From contig CAMFEP010000001.1 of assembly GCA_945949405.1 (NCBI GenBank), forward strand, positions 1 through 53,002: a DNA stretch of 53,002 bases, read 5' to 3'. The stretch is from Kiritimatiellales bacterium. GTDB taxonomy: Bacteria; Verrucomicrobiota; Kiritimatiellia; UBA8416; JAIOPI01. Under the pieces are notes generated by a model, which was given only the letters and a program-made list of their open reading frames with translations, ran no database searches and was not told the DNA's origin. This document shows, piece by piece, positions 26,732-35,600 of the stretch. The translations under genes were made by a program, and so were the position numbers. Numbering within the stretch: position 1 is the stretch's first letter; each line of letters begins with the position of its first letter.

Positions 26732-26775
26732 CCCAGCGGTCAGGGCTGGGCGTGGTATTCCGCCGACATGCCCAG

Positions 26776-26804
26776 TTGAACTGGCGGGTTCCGCGGGCTA
26801 GTAT
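26776..26804 (+). promoter_or_regulatory. Sigma70-like promoter candidate (TTGAAC-17-TAGTAT) placed for a leaderless transcript
   Basis: TTGAAC at 26776-26781, 17-nt spacer, TAGTAT at 26799-26804. ATG at 26811 is only 6 nt downstream and no Shine-Dalgarno sequence lies in between. Confidence 0.3.
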
Positions 26805-26810
26805 GCGCCC

Positions 26811-28223
26811 ATGCGAGAGCGGGACAACGCCGATGTGATGATGAGCCTGGTCGCGGTCGTGGTGGATGCGCTGGCGGTGTTTGGCGGGGTGATGCTGGCG
26901 GTCTGGATCCGGTTCAGCAGCGGTTGGATTCCGGTCGTCGTTCCGCCCGTGCGGGAGTATCTTCAGGAGTACGCTGCGTTCGGCGGCATGTTGACGCTGG
27001 GGGCACTGCTGGTCCTCCGCAATCAGGGGCTCTATGTGCGCCCCCAGACGGGCACGTTCGTGAACAGGATTCCGCGCCTCGTGAAGGCCGGCGTGTCCAG
27101 CATGCTGATCGGCGCGGTGCTGGCCTTCGCGCTGCAAAACGAAATCGACATTGCGCGCTGGGTGATGACGCTGGCCGGTGCGATGGTGCCGGTGCTGCTG
27201 CTAATCGAACGCTACATCCTCTTCCGCATCGAATGGAACCTCGCCCGTCACAGCCAGACGCGCAATCAGGTGCTGATTCTCGGCACGGACTCGGTGGCCG
27301 CACGCCTGAAGCGCACCTTTGCCCGGGAACATATGCTGCGCGCGCGCGTCATCGGCTTCCTGCGCACCACGGCAGGGGACGCGGACCCGGGCATTCCCGC
27401 GGCGGAAATTCTGGGGCATGTGGACGAACTGGAGGCCTTCATGGAGCGCCAGAACGTCCACCAGGTTATCCTCACCAGCGCCGGGCTCGGCACGGAACGC
27501 ATGCTCGACATTATGCTGCTATGCGAACAGCGGCTGGTCGAGTTCAACGTCGTGCCGGACCTGTTTCATTTGATGACCACGAGCATGGATGTGCAGTCGC
27601 TGGACGATATTCCGCTGCTCGGCGTGAGTTCCTGGCCGCTGGATCTTTTCTGGAACCGGCTCCTGAAGCGCATGGAGGACATCATGGGCGCGACGGTGGG
27701 GCTGATTGCGGCCGCGCCGATTATCATCTGGGCCGCGCTGAAAATCCGGCGGACCTCGCCCGGGCCCGTCTTCTACGCGCAAGAGCGCTGCGGCGAGCAC
27801 GGGAAGACCTTCACGATTTACAAACTGCGCACGATGCATGTGGACGCCGAGAAAAATTCCGGTCCGGTCTTTGCCGCGGCGGGCGACGCGCGGCGCACGG
27901 AGTTCGGCGCATACCTGCGCGAGCACAATCTCGACGAACTGCCGCAACTTTGGAACGTGCTCAAGGGCGACATGAGCCTGGTCGGTCCGCGCCCGGAGCG
28001 TCCGCACTTCGTGGAGCAATTCAAGACCGAGGTGTCGCGCTACATGTGGCGCCACGTTTCCAAGCCCGGCGTGACCGGCTGGGCGCAAATCAACGGCCTG
28101 CGCGGCGACACCAGCATCGCCGAGCGCGTCAAATACGACCTCTACTACCTCGAAAACTGGTCGCTCGCCTTCGACTTCAAGATTCTGGTCAAGACGCGGC
28201 TCGCGAGCAAGAATGCGTATTGA
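26811..28223 (+). CDS. Exopolysaccharide polyprenyl glycosylphosphotransferase (WcaJ/bacterial sugar transferase family)
   Basis: 470 aa, N-terminal TM spans. C-terminal PGPVFYAQERCGEHGKTFTIYKLRTM...LDELPQLWNVLKGDMSLVGPRPERP...KPGVTGWAQINGLRGDTS. Confidence 0.85.
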   Translation: MRERDNADVMMSLVAVVVDALAVFGGVMLAVWIRFSSGWIPVVVPPVREYLQEYAAFGGMLTLGALLVLRNQGLYVRPQTGTFVNRIPRLVKAGVSSMLIGAVLAFALQNEIDIARWVMTLAGAMVPVLLLIERYILFRIEWNLARHSQTRNQVLILGTDSVAARLKRTFAREHMLRARVIGFLRTTAGDADPGIPAAEILGHVDELEAFMERQNVHQVILTSAGLGTERMLDIMLLCEQRLVEFNVVPDLFHLMTTSMDVQSLDDIPLLGVSSWPLDLFWNRLLKRMEDIMGATVGLIAAAPIIIWAALKIRRTSPGPVFYAQERCGEHGKTFTIYKLRTMHVDAEKNSGPVFAAAGDARRTEFGAYLREHNLDELPQLWNVLKGDMSLVGPRPERPHFVEQFKTEVSRYMWRHVSKPGVTGWAQINGLRGDTSIAERVKYDLYYLENWSLAFDFKILVKTRLASKNAY

Positions 28224-28251
28224 TGAACGGTGGCGCGGCGCCACCGTTCAT
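28223..28251 (+). terminator. Perfect 14-bp palindrome directly after the stop codon (terminator-like hairpin or binding site)
   Basis: ATGAACGGTGGCGC-G-GCGCCACCGTTCAT, starting at the last base of the TGA stop. No U-run follows. Confidence 0.3.
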
Positions 28252-28327
28252 TCCCGGTTGCGGCGCGGAGGCCGGCAGGGTATGGTCTTGGGCCTTTGCG
28301 AATCAACGGAGGGAATGAGGGAGCGGG

Positions 28328-28798
28328 ATGACCGATGGCCTGAACAATCTGGCGACCAATGCGTGCTTCTGGTCGGCGGCATTTGCGTGGATCGGCGCGC
28401 AGTGCACGAAGATGTTGAGCAACTTCTATCGCACACGCCGCGTGGATTTTCACTATCTCGTCAGCACGGGGGGCATGCCGAGCGCGCACTCGGCGATGGT
28501 GACCGGGCTCGCGACCTCGATCGGGTTGACCGACGGATTTGGGTCCAGCGTGTTCGTGGTGGCGCTCGGGCTGGCCCTGATCGTGATGTTCGATGCCTCC
28601 ACCGTCCGCCGCGCCGCGGGGCTCCAGGCCAGCCTGCTGAACGAAATCGTTGATGAATTATTCAAGGAGCACCGCCTTTCCGAGCGCAAACTCAAGGAAC
28701 TGCTCGGGCATACCCGCCTCGAAGTTGGCATGGGCGCCATGATCGGGATCCTCGTGGCGATGCTTGTGGTGTCGGTTTCCTCGTATTCGCAATCGTAA
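28328..28798 (+). CDS. Divergent PAP2 family membrane protein (YuiD/DUF212-like)
   Basis: 156 aa. GGMPSAHSAMVTGLATSIGL...MFDASTVRRAAGLQA...LKELLGHTRLEV. Confidence 0.8.
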   Translation: MTDGLNNLATNACFWSAAFAWIGAQCTKMLSNFYRTRRVDFHYLVSTGGMPSAHSAMVTGLATSIGLTDGFGSSVFVVALGLALIVMFDASTVRRAAGLQASLLNEIVDELFKEHRLSERKLKELLGHTRLEVGMGAMIGILVAMLVVSVSSYSQS

Positions 28799-28858
28799 TC
28801 CTAATCGTAATTCATTCCGCCAGAGTCGATTACGATTAGGATTAGGATTACGATTGCG
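28788..28858. repeat. Empty NTAATC-hexamer hairpin (same repeat family as 26228/26694)
   Basis: Left arm CGCAATCGTAATCCTAATCGTAAT (28788-28811), loop TCATTCCGCCAGAGTCG, right arm ATTACGATTAGGATTAGGATTACGATTGCG (28829-28858). The arms are complementary except for one extra CCTAAT unit on the right. The left arm overlaps the last codons of the PAP2-like gene. Confidence 0.8.
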
Positions 28859-28907
28859 AGCGGGCAGGACAACCTGCGACCTGGTTCCATCCTGGACCGT
28901 CCGCACC

Positions 28908-28937
28908 TTGACACCGCCTGCCGCCGGGGGCTAGAGT
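28908..28937 (+). promoter_or_regulatory. Sigma70-like promoter candidate for ppdK (TTGACA-18-TAGAGT)
   Basis: TTGACA at 28908-28913, TAGAGT at 28932-28937, AGGAGG at 28971-28976, ATG at 28987. Confidence 0.4.
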
Positions 28938-28986
28938 CAGCCCCTTTGAACATTGGCCCCGCCGGGGCGCAGGAGGTCCGCACATC

Positions 28987-31773
28987 ATGGCCACACGCGC
29001 GAAAAAGCAGAAGCAGCAAAAGTACGTCTATCAATTCGGCGGCGCCCGCAGCGACGGCGACGGCAGCATGAAGCCGTTGCTTGGCGGCAAGGGTGCGAAC
29101 CTCGCGGAAATGGCGCGCATCGGCCTGCCCGTGCCCCCCGGCTTCACGATCACCACCGAAGTCTGCACCTATTATTACGCCAACAAGCGAACCTACCCCA
29201 AGGTGCTCGACGCGCAGTCCCGGGCCGGCATTGCCGCCATCGAAAAAATCATGGGCACGAAGTTTGGCGACACCAAGGCCCTCCCGCTGCTGGTCTCGGT
29301 CCGCTCCGGTGCGCGCGATTCGATGCCGGGCATGATGGACACGATTCTGAATCTCGGCCTCAACGATGACACGGTGCTGGCCCTCGCGGTCGCCACGAAG
29401 AACGAACGCTTCGCGTGGGACTGTTACCGACGCTTCATCCAGATGTATGGCGATGTGGTGATGGGCGTGCAGAAGCGTCCGAGCGAGGACCATGAGCCCT
29501 TCGAAGTGGTGATCCACACCCTCAAGCACGAGCGCTACCACACCGAGATCGACGATCCCAAGCTGACCGTCGAGGATCTCAAGGAGCTTGTCGTCCGCTT
29601 CAAGGCGCTGATTCACGAATACACGGGCAAGGAATTTGCGCAGGATCCGTGGAAGCAGCTCTGGGGTGCCGTCGGGGCCGTGTTCGGGTCGTGGATGAAC
29701 GACCGCGCCATGGTCTACCGCCGCAAGTACAACATTCCCAGCGAATGGGGCACCGCGGTCAACGTCCAGGCGATGGTCTATGGCAACACCGGCAGCCGTT
29801 CTGGCTCGGGCGTGGCCTTCACGCGCGACCCGGCCACCGGCGAAAAGATGTTCTATGGCGAGTTTTTGATCAACGCCCAGGGCGAAGACGTGGTGGCCGG
29901 CGTGCGCACGCCGGAGCCCGTGATTGAGCTCAAGAATCATCTGCCCGCCGCATACCACGAACTGGACAAGATCCGCACGACGCTCGAGCGCCACTTCCGG
30001 GACGTGCAGGATTTCGAATTCACGATCCAGGACGGCAAGGTCTTCATGCTCCAGACCCGCAACGGCAAGCGCACGGGCCTGGCGGCGGTGCGCTTCGCGA
30101 TCGAGATGGAGAAGGAAAAGCTCATCGACTGGAAGACGGCGATCCGCCGTGTGCCAGCTGACCAGCTCGACCAGGTGCTCGCGCCGGTGTTCGACCGCGC
30201 CGCGATGAAGGCCGCGCGTGTCATCGCCAAGGGCCTGCCCGCGGGTCCGGGCGCCGCTTCCGGCAAGATGTATCTCAATGCCGATCGCGCCGCGGCGGCG
30301 GCCGCGCGTGGCGAAAAGGTGCTGCTCGTACGCAACGAAACCTCGCCCGAGGATCTGCGCGGGATGATCGCCTCCGAGGGCATTCTCACGGCCAAGGGCG
30401 GCGTCAGCTCGCATGCCGCGCTTGTCGCGCGCCAGATGGGCAAGGTTTGCATTTGCGGCGCGGCCGCGATGCAGATCGATTATGCCGCCAAGACCATGAC
30501 CGTGGATGGCGCGACGTATCAGGAAGGGGATTTCCTCTCCATCAACGGCACCGCCGGCGATGTGTATGCGGGCAACATTCCGACCGCCGCCTCCGAGATC
30601 GTGCAGGTGCTGGTCGAGAAGTCGCTCGATCCGAAGGAGAGCCCGACCTACGGGATGTACGCGAAGCTGATGAGCTGGTGTGCCAAGGTCACGAAGCTGC
30701 AGGTGCGCACGAACGCCGACACGCCCGAGCAGACCGAGAACGCGCTCGCGTTCGGCGCCACGGGCATCGGGCTGACGCGCACGGAGCACATGTTCTTCGA
30801 GGGTAATCGTATCGATGCGATGCGCGAGATGATTCTCGCCGACAACGTGGTCGACCGCAAGACGGCGCTCGCCAAGCTGCTGCCCTATCAAAAGGCGGAC
30901 TTCGCGGGCATCTTCAAGGCGCTCAAGGGTTACCCGGCCACGATCCGCTTCCTCGATCCGCCGCTGCACGAATTCCTTCCGCATGAGGACGCCGCGCAGC
31001 AGGATCTGGCGACCAAGATGGGCGTGTCCGTGGCGAAGGTGAAGCAGCGGGTCAAGGAACTGCACGAATTCAATCCGATGCTGGGCTTCCGCGGCTGCCG
31101 GCTGGGCATCGTCTATTCGGAAATTTCCGAGATGCAGGCGCGCGCGGTGTTTGAAGCCGCCGCCGAGGTGCAAAAATCCGGCATCAAGGTCAAGCCCGAG
31201 GTCATGATCCCGCTCGTCGGTTTCAAGAAGGAGCTCGATCTGCAAGTGGAGGTTGTGCACCGCGTGGCGCACGCGGTGATGGTCGAGAAGAAGGTGAAGC
31301 TGCAGTACATGGTCGGCACGATGATTGAAGTGCCGCGCGGCGCGCTGACGGCGGATGAAATCGCCGCGACGGCCGAGTTCTTCAGCTTCGGCACGAACGA
31401 TCTCACGCAGACCTGCCTGGGCATGAGCCGCGACGATTCGAACTCATTCCTGCCGCCCTACGCGGAGCTGGAAATCGTGAAATCCAATCCCTTCGCCTCC
31501 ATTGACCAGGCCGGCGTGGGCCAGCTCATGCAGCTCGCGGTGGAAAAGGGCCGCGCGACCCGCCCGGACATCAAGCTGGGAATTTGCGGCGAGCACGGTG
31601 GCGATCCGGCCAGCGTGAGATTTTGCCACAAGCTCGGCCTGACGTATGTGAGCTGCTCGCCGTTCCGCGTGCCCGTGGCGCGCCTCGCCGCGGCCCAGGC
31701 CGCGCTCGAGGACGAAGCCGCCAAGAAGCCGGCGAAGAAGGCGGCTAAGGCCAAGAGCAAGAAAAAGAAGTAA
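28987..31773 (+). CDS. ppdK: Pyruvate, phosphate dikinase with Lys/Ala-rich C-terminal tail
   Basis: 928 aa. [46 protein letters not shown] (phosphohistidine region), [27 protein letters not shown]. Ends [21 protein letters not shown]. Confidence 0.95.
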   Translation: MATRAKKQKQQKYVYQFGGARSDGDGSMKPLLGGKGANLAEMARIGLPVPPGFTITTEVCTYYYANKRTYPKVLDAQSRAGIAAIEKIMGTKFGDTKALPLLVSVRSGARDSMPGMMDTILNLGLNDDTVLALAVATKNERFAWDCYRRFIQMYGDVVMGVQKRPSEDHEPFEVVIHTLKHERYHTEIDDPKLTVEDLKELVVRFKALIHEYTGKEFAQDPWKQLWGAVGAVFGSWMNDRAMVYRRKYNIPSEWGTAVNVQAMVYGNTGSRSGSGVAFTRDPATGEKMFYGEFLINAQGEDVVAGVRTPEPVIELKNHLPAAYHELDKIRTTLERHFRDVQDFEFTIQDGKVFMLQTRNGKRTGLAAVRFAIEMEKEKLIDWKTAIRRVPADQLDQVLAPVFDRAAMKAARVIAKGLPAGPGAASGKMYLNADRAAAAAARGEKVLLVRNETSPEDLRGMIASEGILTAKGGVSSHAALVARQMGKVCICGAAAMQIDYAAKTMTVDGATYQEGDFLSINGTAGDVYAGNIPTAASEIVQVLVEKSLDPKESPTYGMYAKLMSWCAKVTKLQVRTNADTPEQTENALAFGATGIGLTRTEHMFFEGNRIDAMREMILADNVVDRKTALAKLLPYQKADFAGIFKALKGYPATIRFLDPPLHEFLPHEDAAQQDLATKMGVSVAKVKQRVKELHEFNPMLGFRGCRLGIVYSEISEMQARAVFEAAAEVQKSGIKVKPEVMIPLVGFKKELDLQVEVVHRVAHAVMVEKKVKLQYMVGTMIEVPRGALTADEIAATAEFFSFGTNDLTQTCLGMSRDDSNSFLPPYAELEIVKSNPFASIDQAGVGQLMQLAVEKGRATRPDIKLGICGEHGGDPASVRFCHKLGLTYVSCSPFRVPVARLAAAQAALEDEAAKKPAKKAAKAKSKKKK

Positions 31774-31789
31774 ACGGGGCGGTCTTTGC

Positions 31790-31855
31790 GGGCGCTTGGC
31801 ACAAGCGCCCCTACAAGAGGCGCATGCGTTGTAGGGGCGCTTCTGTGAAGCGCCC
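31790..31855. repeat. REP-like nested palindromes downstream of ppdK
   Basis: GGGCGCTT-GGCAC-AAGCGCCC (31790-31810). CCCCTACAA-12 nt-TTGTAGGGG (31808-31837). GGGCGCTTC-TGT-GAAGCGCCC (31835-31855). AAGCGCCCCTACAA and TTGTAGGGGCGCTT are also mutually complementary, which gives alternative folds. Confidence 0.7.
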
Positions 31856-31875
31856 GTTCAGAATAGACCAAAAGC

Positions 31876-32400
31876 ATGAACGCAGCCCAACGCATCAAGT
31901 CGGCGATTCGGGATGTGCCGGATTTTCCCAAGCCGGGGATTCTGTTTAAGGACATCACGCCGATTTTATCAGATCCCGCGCTGTTCCGCGCCGCCATCGA
32001 TCTCTTCGCTGAACGCCACCGAAACAGCGGCGTGCAGAAATTTGCCGCGATCGAAGCGCGCGGATTCTTTTTCGCCAGCGCGCTGTGCGACCGGCTCGGC
32101 GTGGGCATGATTCCGATCCGGAAAAAGGGCAAGTTGCCGTACAAGACTTTCGACCACGCCTACGATCTCGAATACGGCTCCGCGGCGGTGTCCGTGCATC
32201 AAGACGCTTTTCGGCCTGGCGAGAAGGTGGTGCTGATCGATGATCTCTTGGCCACCGGCGGCACGGCGGCGGCGGCGACACGCCTGATCGAGCAGGCCGG
32301 CGGGACGGTGATCGAAATCGATTTTCTCGTGGAGTTGGCGTTCCTGAACGGCCGCGCAAAACTCACGGGTTACCCGGTGTTTGCGCCGGTGGTGTTTTGA
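31876..32400 (+). CDS. apt: Adenine phosphoribosyltransferase
   Basis: 174 aa. DFPKPGILFKDITPIL, IEARGFFF, VVLIDDLLATGGTAAAA. Confidence 0.9.
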   Translation: MNAAQRIKSAIRDVPDFPKPGILFKDITPILSDPALFRAAIDLFAERHRNSGVQKFAAIEARGFFFASALCDRLGVGMIPIRKKGKLPYKTFDHAYDLEYGSAAVSVHQDAFRPGEKVVLIDDLLATGGTAAAATRLIEQAGGTVIEIDFLVELAFLNGRAKLTGYPVFAPVVF

Positions 32401-32638
32401 GGAACTGTCCGGGTCCGGAGGCCCCGGACCACCTGCGCTGCCTTCAGGGTAAACGCATCGAAATGATGGGTGTACTGCATGACGCGGCTCACCCGGAGGG
32501 TTCGCCCTACCGTTCGCAGAGGTGGGGCGAGGCGTCTCTGCCGAGCCGTCAGACTTGGCGCGGCCTTCCCCCCGCGTTGACGCCCCCCCGAAAATCTGCG
32601 AAAATATGTGAATTCTGGGCAACTTTGCCCGAGTCTTC

Positions 32639-35600
32639 ATGCGCTATACATCCCATATTATTGGTCTGGTTGCGGGCGTGTCGTTACTGGCCGTCTGTGT
32701 TTATTTGGCGCACCGGCACGGTGTGACGCCGCCACGGCCTGGTGATGCGCCGGCGCCTGCCGTGGCGGCGGCCGCCACGGGAACAACCACGGGCGTGCCG
32801 GCACCCCACGCACAGTCCGGCGGGGTGCCTGATCCCGCGGCCATCGCGGCGGCGGAAGATGCGCGCACCAACGTGGCCTCGCCGTGGGCTGTGCATGATC
32901 TGGCGGATGATGCTTCCCGCGATGCGTGGAGCGATGCCGTGCGCGCCCGCGAAGAGGCGGAGCGTCCGGCGGCGGAATCCGCGGCGGCCAAGGCGGATGT
33001 GCCCACCACAGGGGAAGAAGGCGGGAGCACCTATCAATTCGTGACGGTGCGCGACGGGCGGGTCTACGTGCGCGCGACGCGCAACGAAAACGCGGCGATC
33101 AGTGCGGCCGCCAACCTCGTGCGCGCGCCGCCCTACACACTCGACGGCACAGGCACCACCGTGGCGGTTTGGGACGCCGGGTCCGTGCGCATCTCGCATC
33201 AGGAATTCACCGGGCGCCTGACCCTGCGCAACAGCGTGGCCGCGCATATCCATTCCACGCATGTGGGCGGAACCATCGCGGCGGCGGGTGTCAACGCGGC
33301 GGCCAAGGGCATGGCCCCCGCCTCGAAGCTCGATTCGTATGACTGGAATTTCGACACGGCCGAGATGATCACCGCGGCGATGGCCACGCCGGGACAAGCG
33401 GGAAAAATCCAACTCTCGAATCACTCCTACGGTTTTCAGGCGGGCTGGTTCGGCGGCACCTGGTACGGCACCTGGAGCACCAACCGCGAATCCGACAGCT
33501 TTGGCATGTACGACGCCTTTGCTGCAGAGCTGGATGCGATCGCCTACAACGCGCCGTACTACCTGCACTTCAAGGCGGCGGGAAACGACCGTAACGACAC
33601 GGCGCCCTCGACGGGAACTTTTTTTACCTATTTCGATCAGACCGGTTCGCACGTGAAGCCGTATGACCCGAATACCGATCCGTTTTCCGACAACTGGGAC
33701 AACGGGGGTTACGACTCGCTGCCGCTTGAGGCGAACGCCAAAAACATCATGACGGTCGGCGCGGTGAACGATGCGGTGTCCGGGGGGCTGCGATCGCTGG
33801 CGGACGGCACGATGTCGTCGTTCAGTTCCTGGGGCCCGACGGACGACGGGCGCATCAAACCGGATCTGGTGGCCAACGGGGTAAGCCTGTTCTCGTCCTC
33901 TTCGCTTGGCGATGCGAGTTATTACAATTCCAGCGGCACGAGCATGGCCACCCCGAGCGCCATGGGGGCTGCGGCGCTGCTGATCCAGCACTACGGACGG
34001 ACGTTTCCCGGAAACTATATGCGCGCCAGCATGATCAAGGGGTTGCTCCTGCATACAGCGGACGATCGGGGTGCGGCGGGGCCGGACTACCAGTTCGGCT
34101 GGGGGCTGATCAATGCGCATGCCGCGGTGCGCCAGATCGACGCGCATGCGTTGAACACGAACGCCCTGCGCATGGTGGAAGATACAATTGCAGCGTCGGG
34201 CCAGACCAACGTGTATCGCTTTCAGTGGGATCGCGGCAGCCCGATCAAGGCGACGCTGTGTTGGACCGATCCAGCGGGTGCGGCGCGCAGCGGCATGGAC
34301 AATCGCAGTTCCGTCCTCGTGCATGATCTCGATCTGCGCGTGATTTCGCCGGGCGGCATCACGAATTTTCCGTTTGTGTTGAGCGTGACCAACCCGGTGG
34401 CACCCGCGACCACGGGCGACAACCGGCTGGACAACGTCGAGCAGGTGTTGATCGCCGCGCCATCCGAACAGGGCGAGTACGAGGTGCGCGTGGCGTTGGG
34501 CGGGGCGCTGACCACCGGCACGCAGGCGTACGCGATGCTGATCGGCGGGGCCACCGTAGCGCCGCAGATACATCACACCGCGCTGATCAACACAACCAAC
34601 GCCACCACGCCCTATGTGGTTGAGGCACTGATCACATCCGAGGTCATTCTCGATCCGGGCCGTCAGAAACTAATTTGGAATACCAGCGGTCCGGGGCCGC
34701 CGTGGTTCACCAATGACCTCGCGCTGGTCAGCAACGATCTGTACCGTGCGGAGATTCCGGGCCAGGCGCAGGGAACGACGGTCTATTACTATCTGGAGGC
34801 CGCGGCCGCCAACGGCATCGTTGGGCGCAGCCCCGTGACGGCGCCGGCACAGGTGCACCGTTTCACCGTGGTGGAGGCCTTCACGCTGTTCGTGACCGGC
34901 CAGCCTACCGAGGTGCCGGGCGTGACGCCGGCCTATGGCTTCAACAGCTTCCCGTCGGGCGTGACCGTGCATGCGAGCGCGCCGTATTATTCGCCGCCGA
35001 CCAACGGGATGCGGGACGTCTGTGTCGGCTGGGTTGGCTGTTGCGGCATTCCGTCGGCGGGGACGACGAACAGCCTGGACTTCGTCATCATCCGCAATGC
35101 GTTTTTGGAATGGCAATGGAGCAAGGCCTATAGCCTCGTGCAGTCGAGCGGTCCGTCGGGCGTGATCAATGCGGAGTCCTGGTGGGTCAGCGGCACCACG
35201 GGGCAGACGGTGGTGGCGCAGGCGCCGATGGCGCTGAACGGTACGAACTATATGTTCGCCGGGTGGTCGGTGGATGGTCTGCGCCTGCCGGATGCCACGA
35301 ACCGTGCCACCAATCCTGCCGGGGGTATTTTCATGCAGGCGCCGCGCCAGGCGGTGGCGCAGTATCTTCCGGAGACGCAGGACCTGGACAACGACGGCGT
35401 GGCGGATTGGTGGGAGCAGTATTATTTTGGCGGCTTGAGTACAGCGCTCAACGTGGACCACGATGGTGACGGTTTCTCCAGCCTGAAGGAATACCAGGAC
35501 CAGACCGACCCGCAGGACGCAGGCTCCGTGCCCATGCCGCCGTCCATCGCGCACACGCCGCTGGAGAATCCGCAGGGTCTGCCCGCGCCATGGGCCGTGG

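Noticed and set aside
32407-32430. Hairpin GTCCGGG…CCCGGAC after apt as an intrinsic terminator
   Set aside because: The stem is short with competing registers and no U-run follows. The evidence is too weak to list as a feature.
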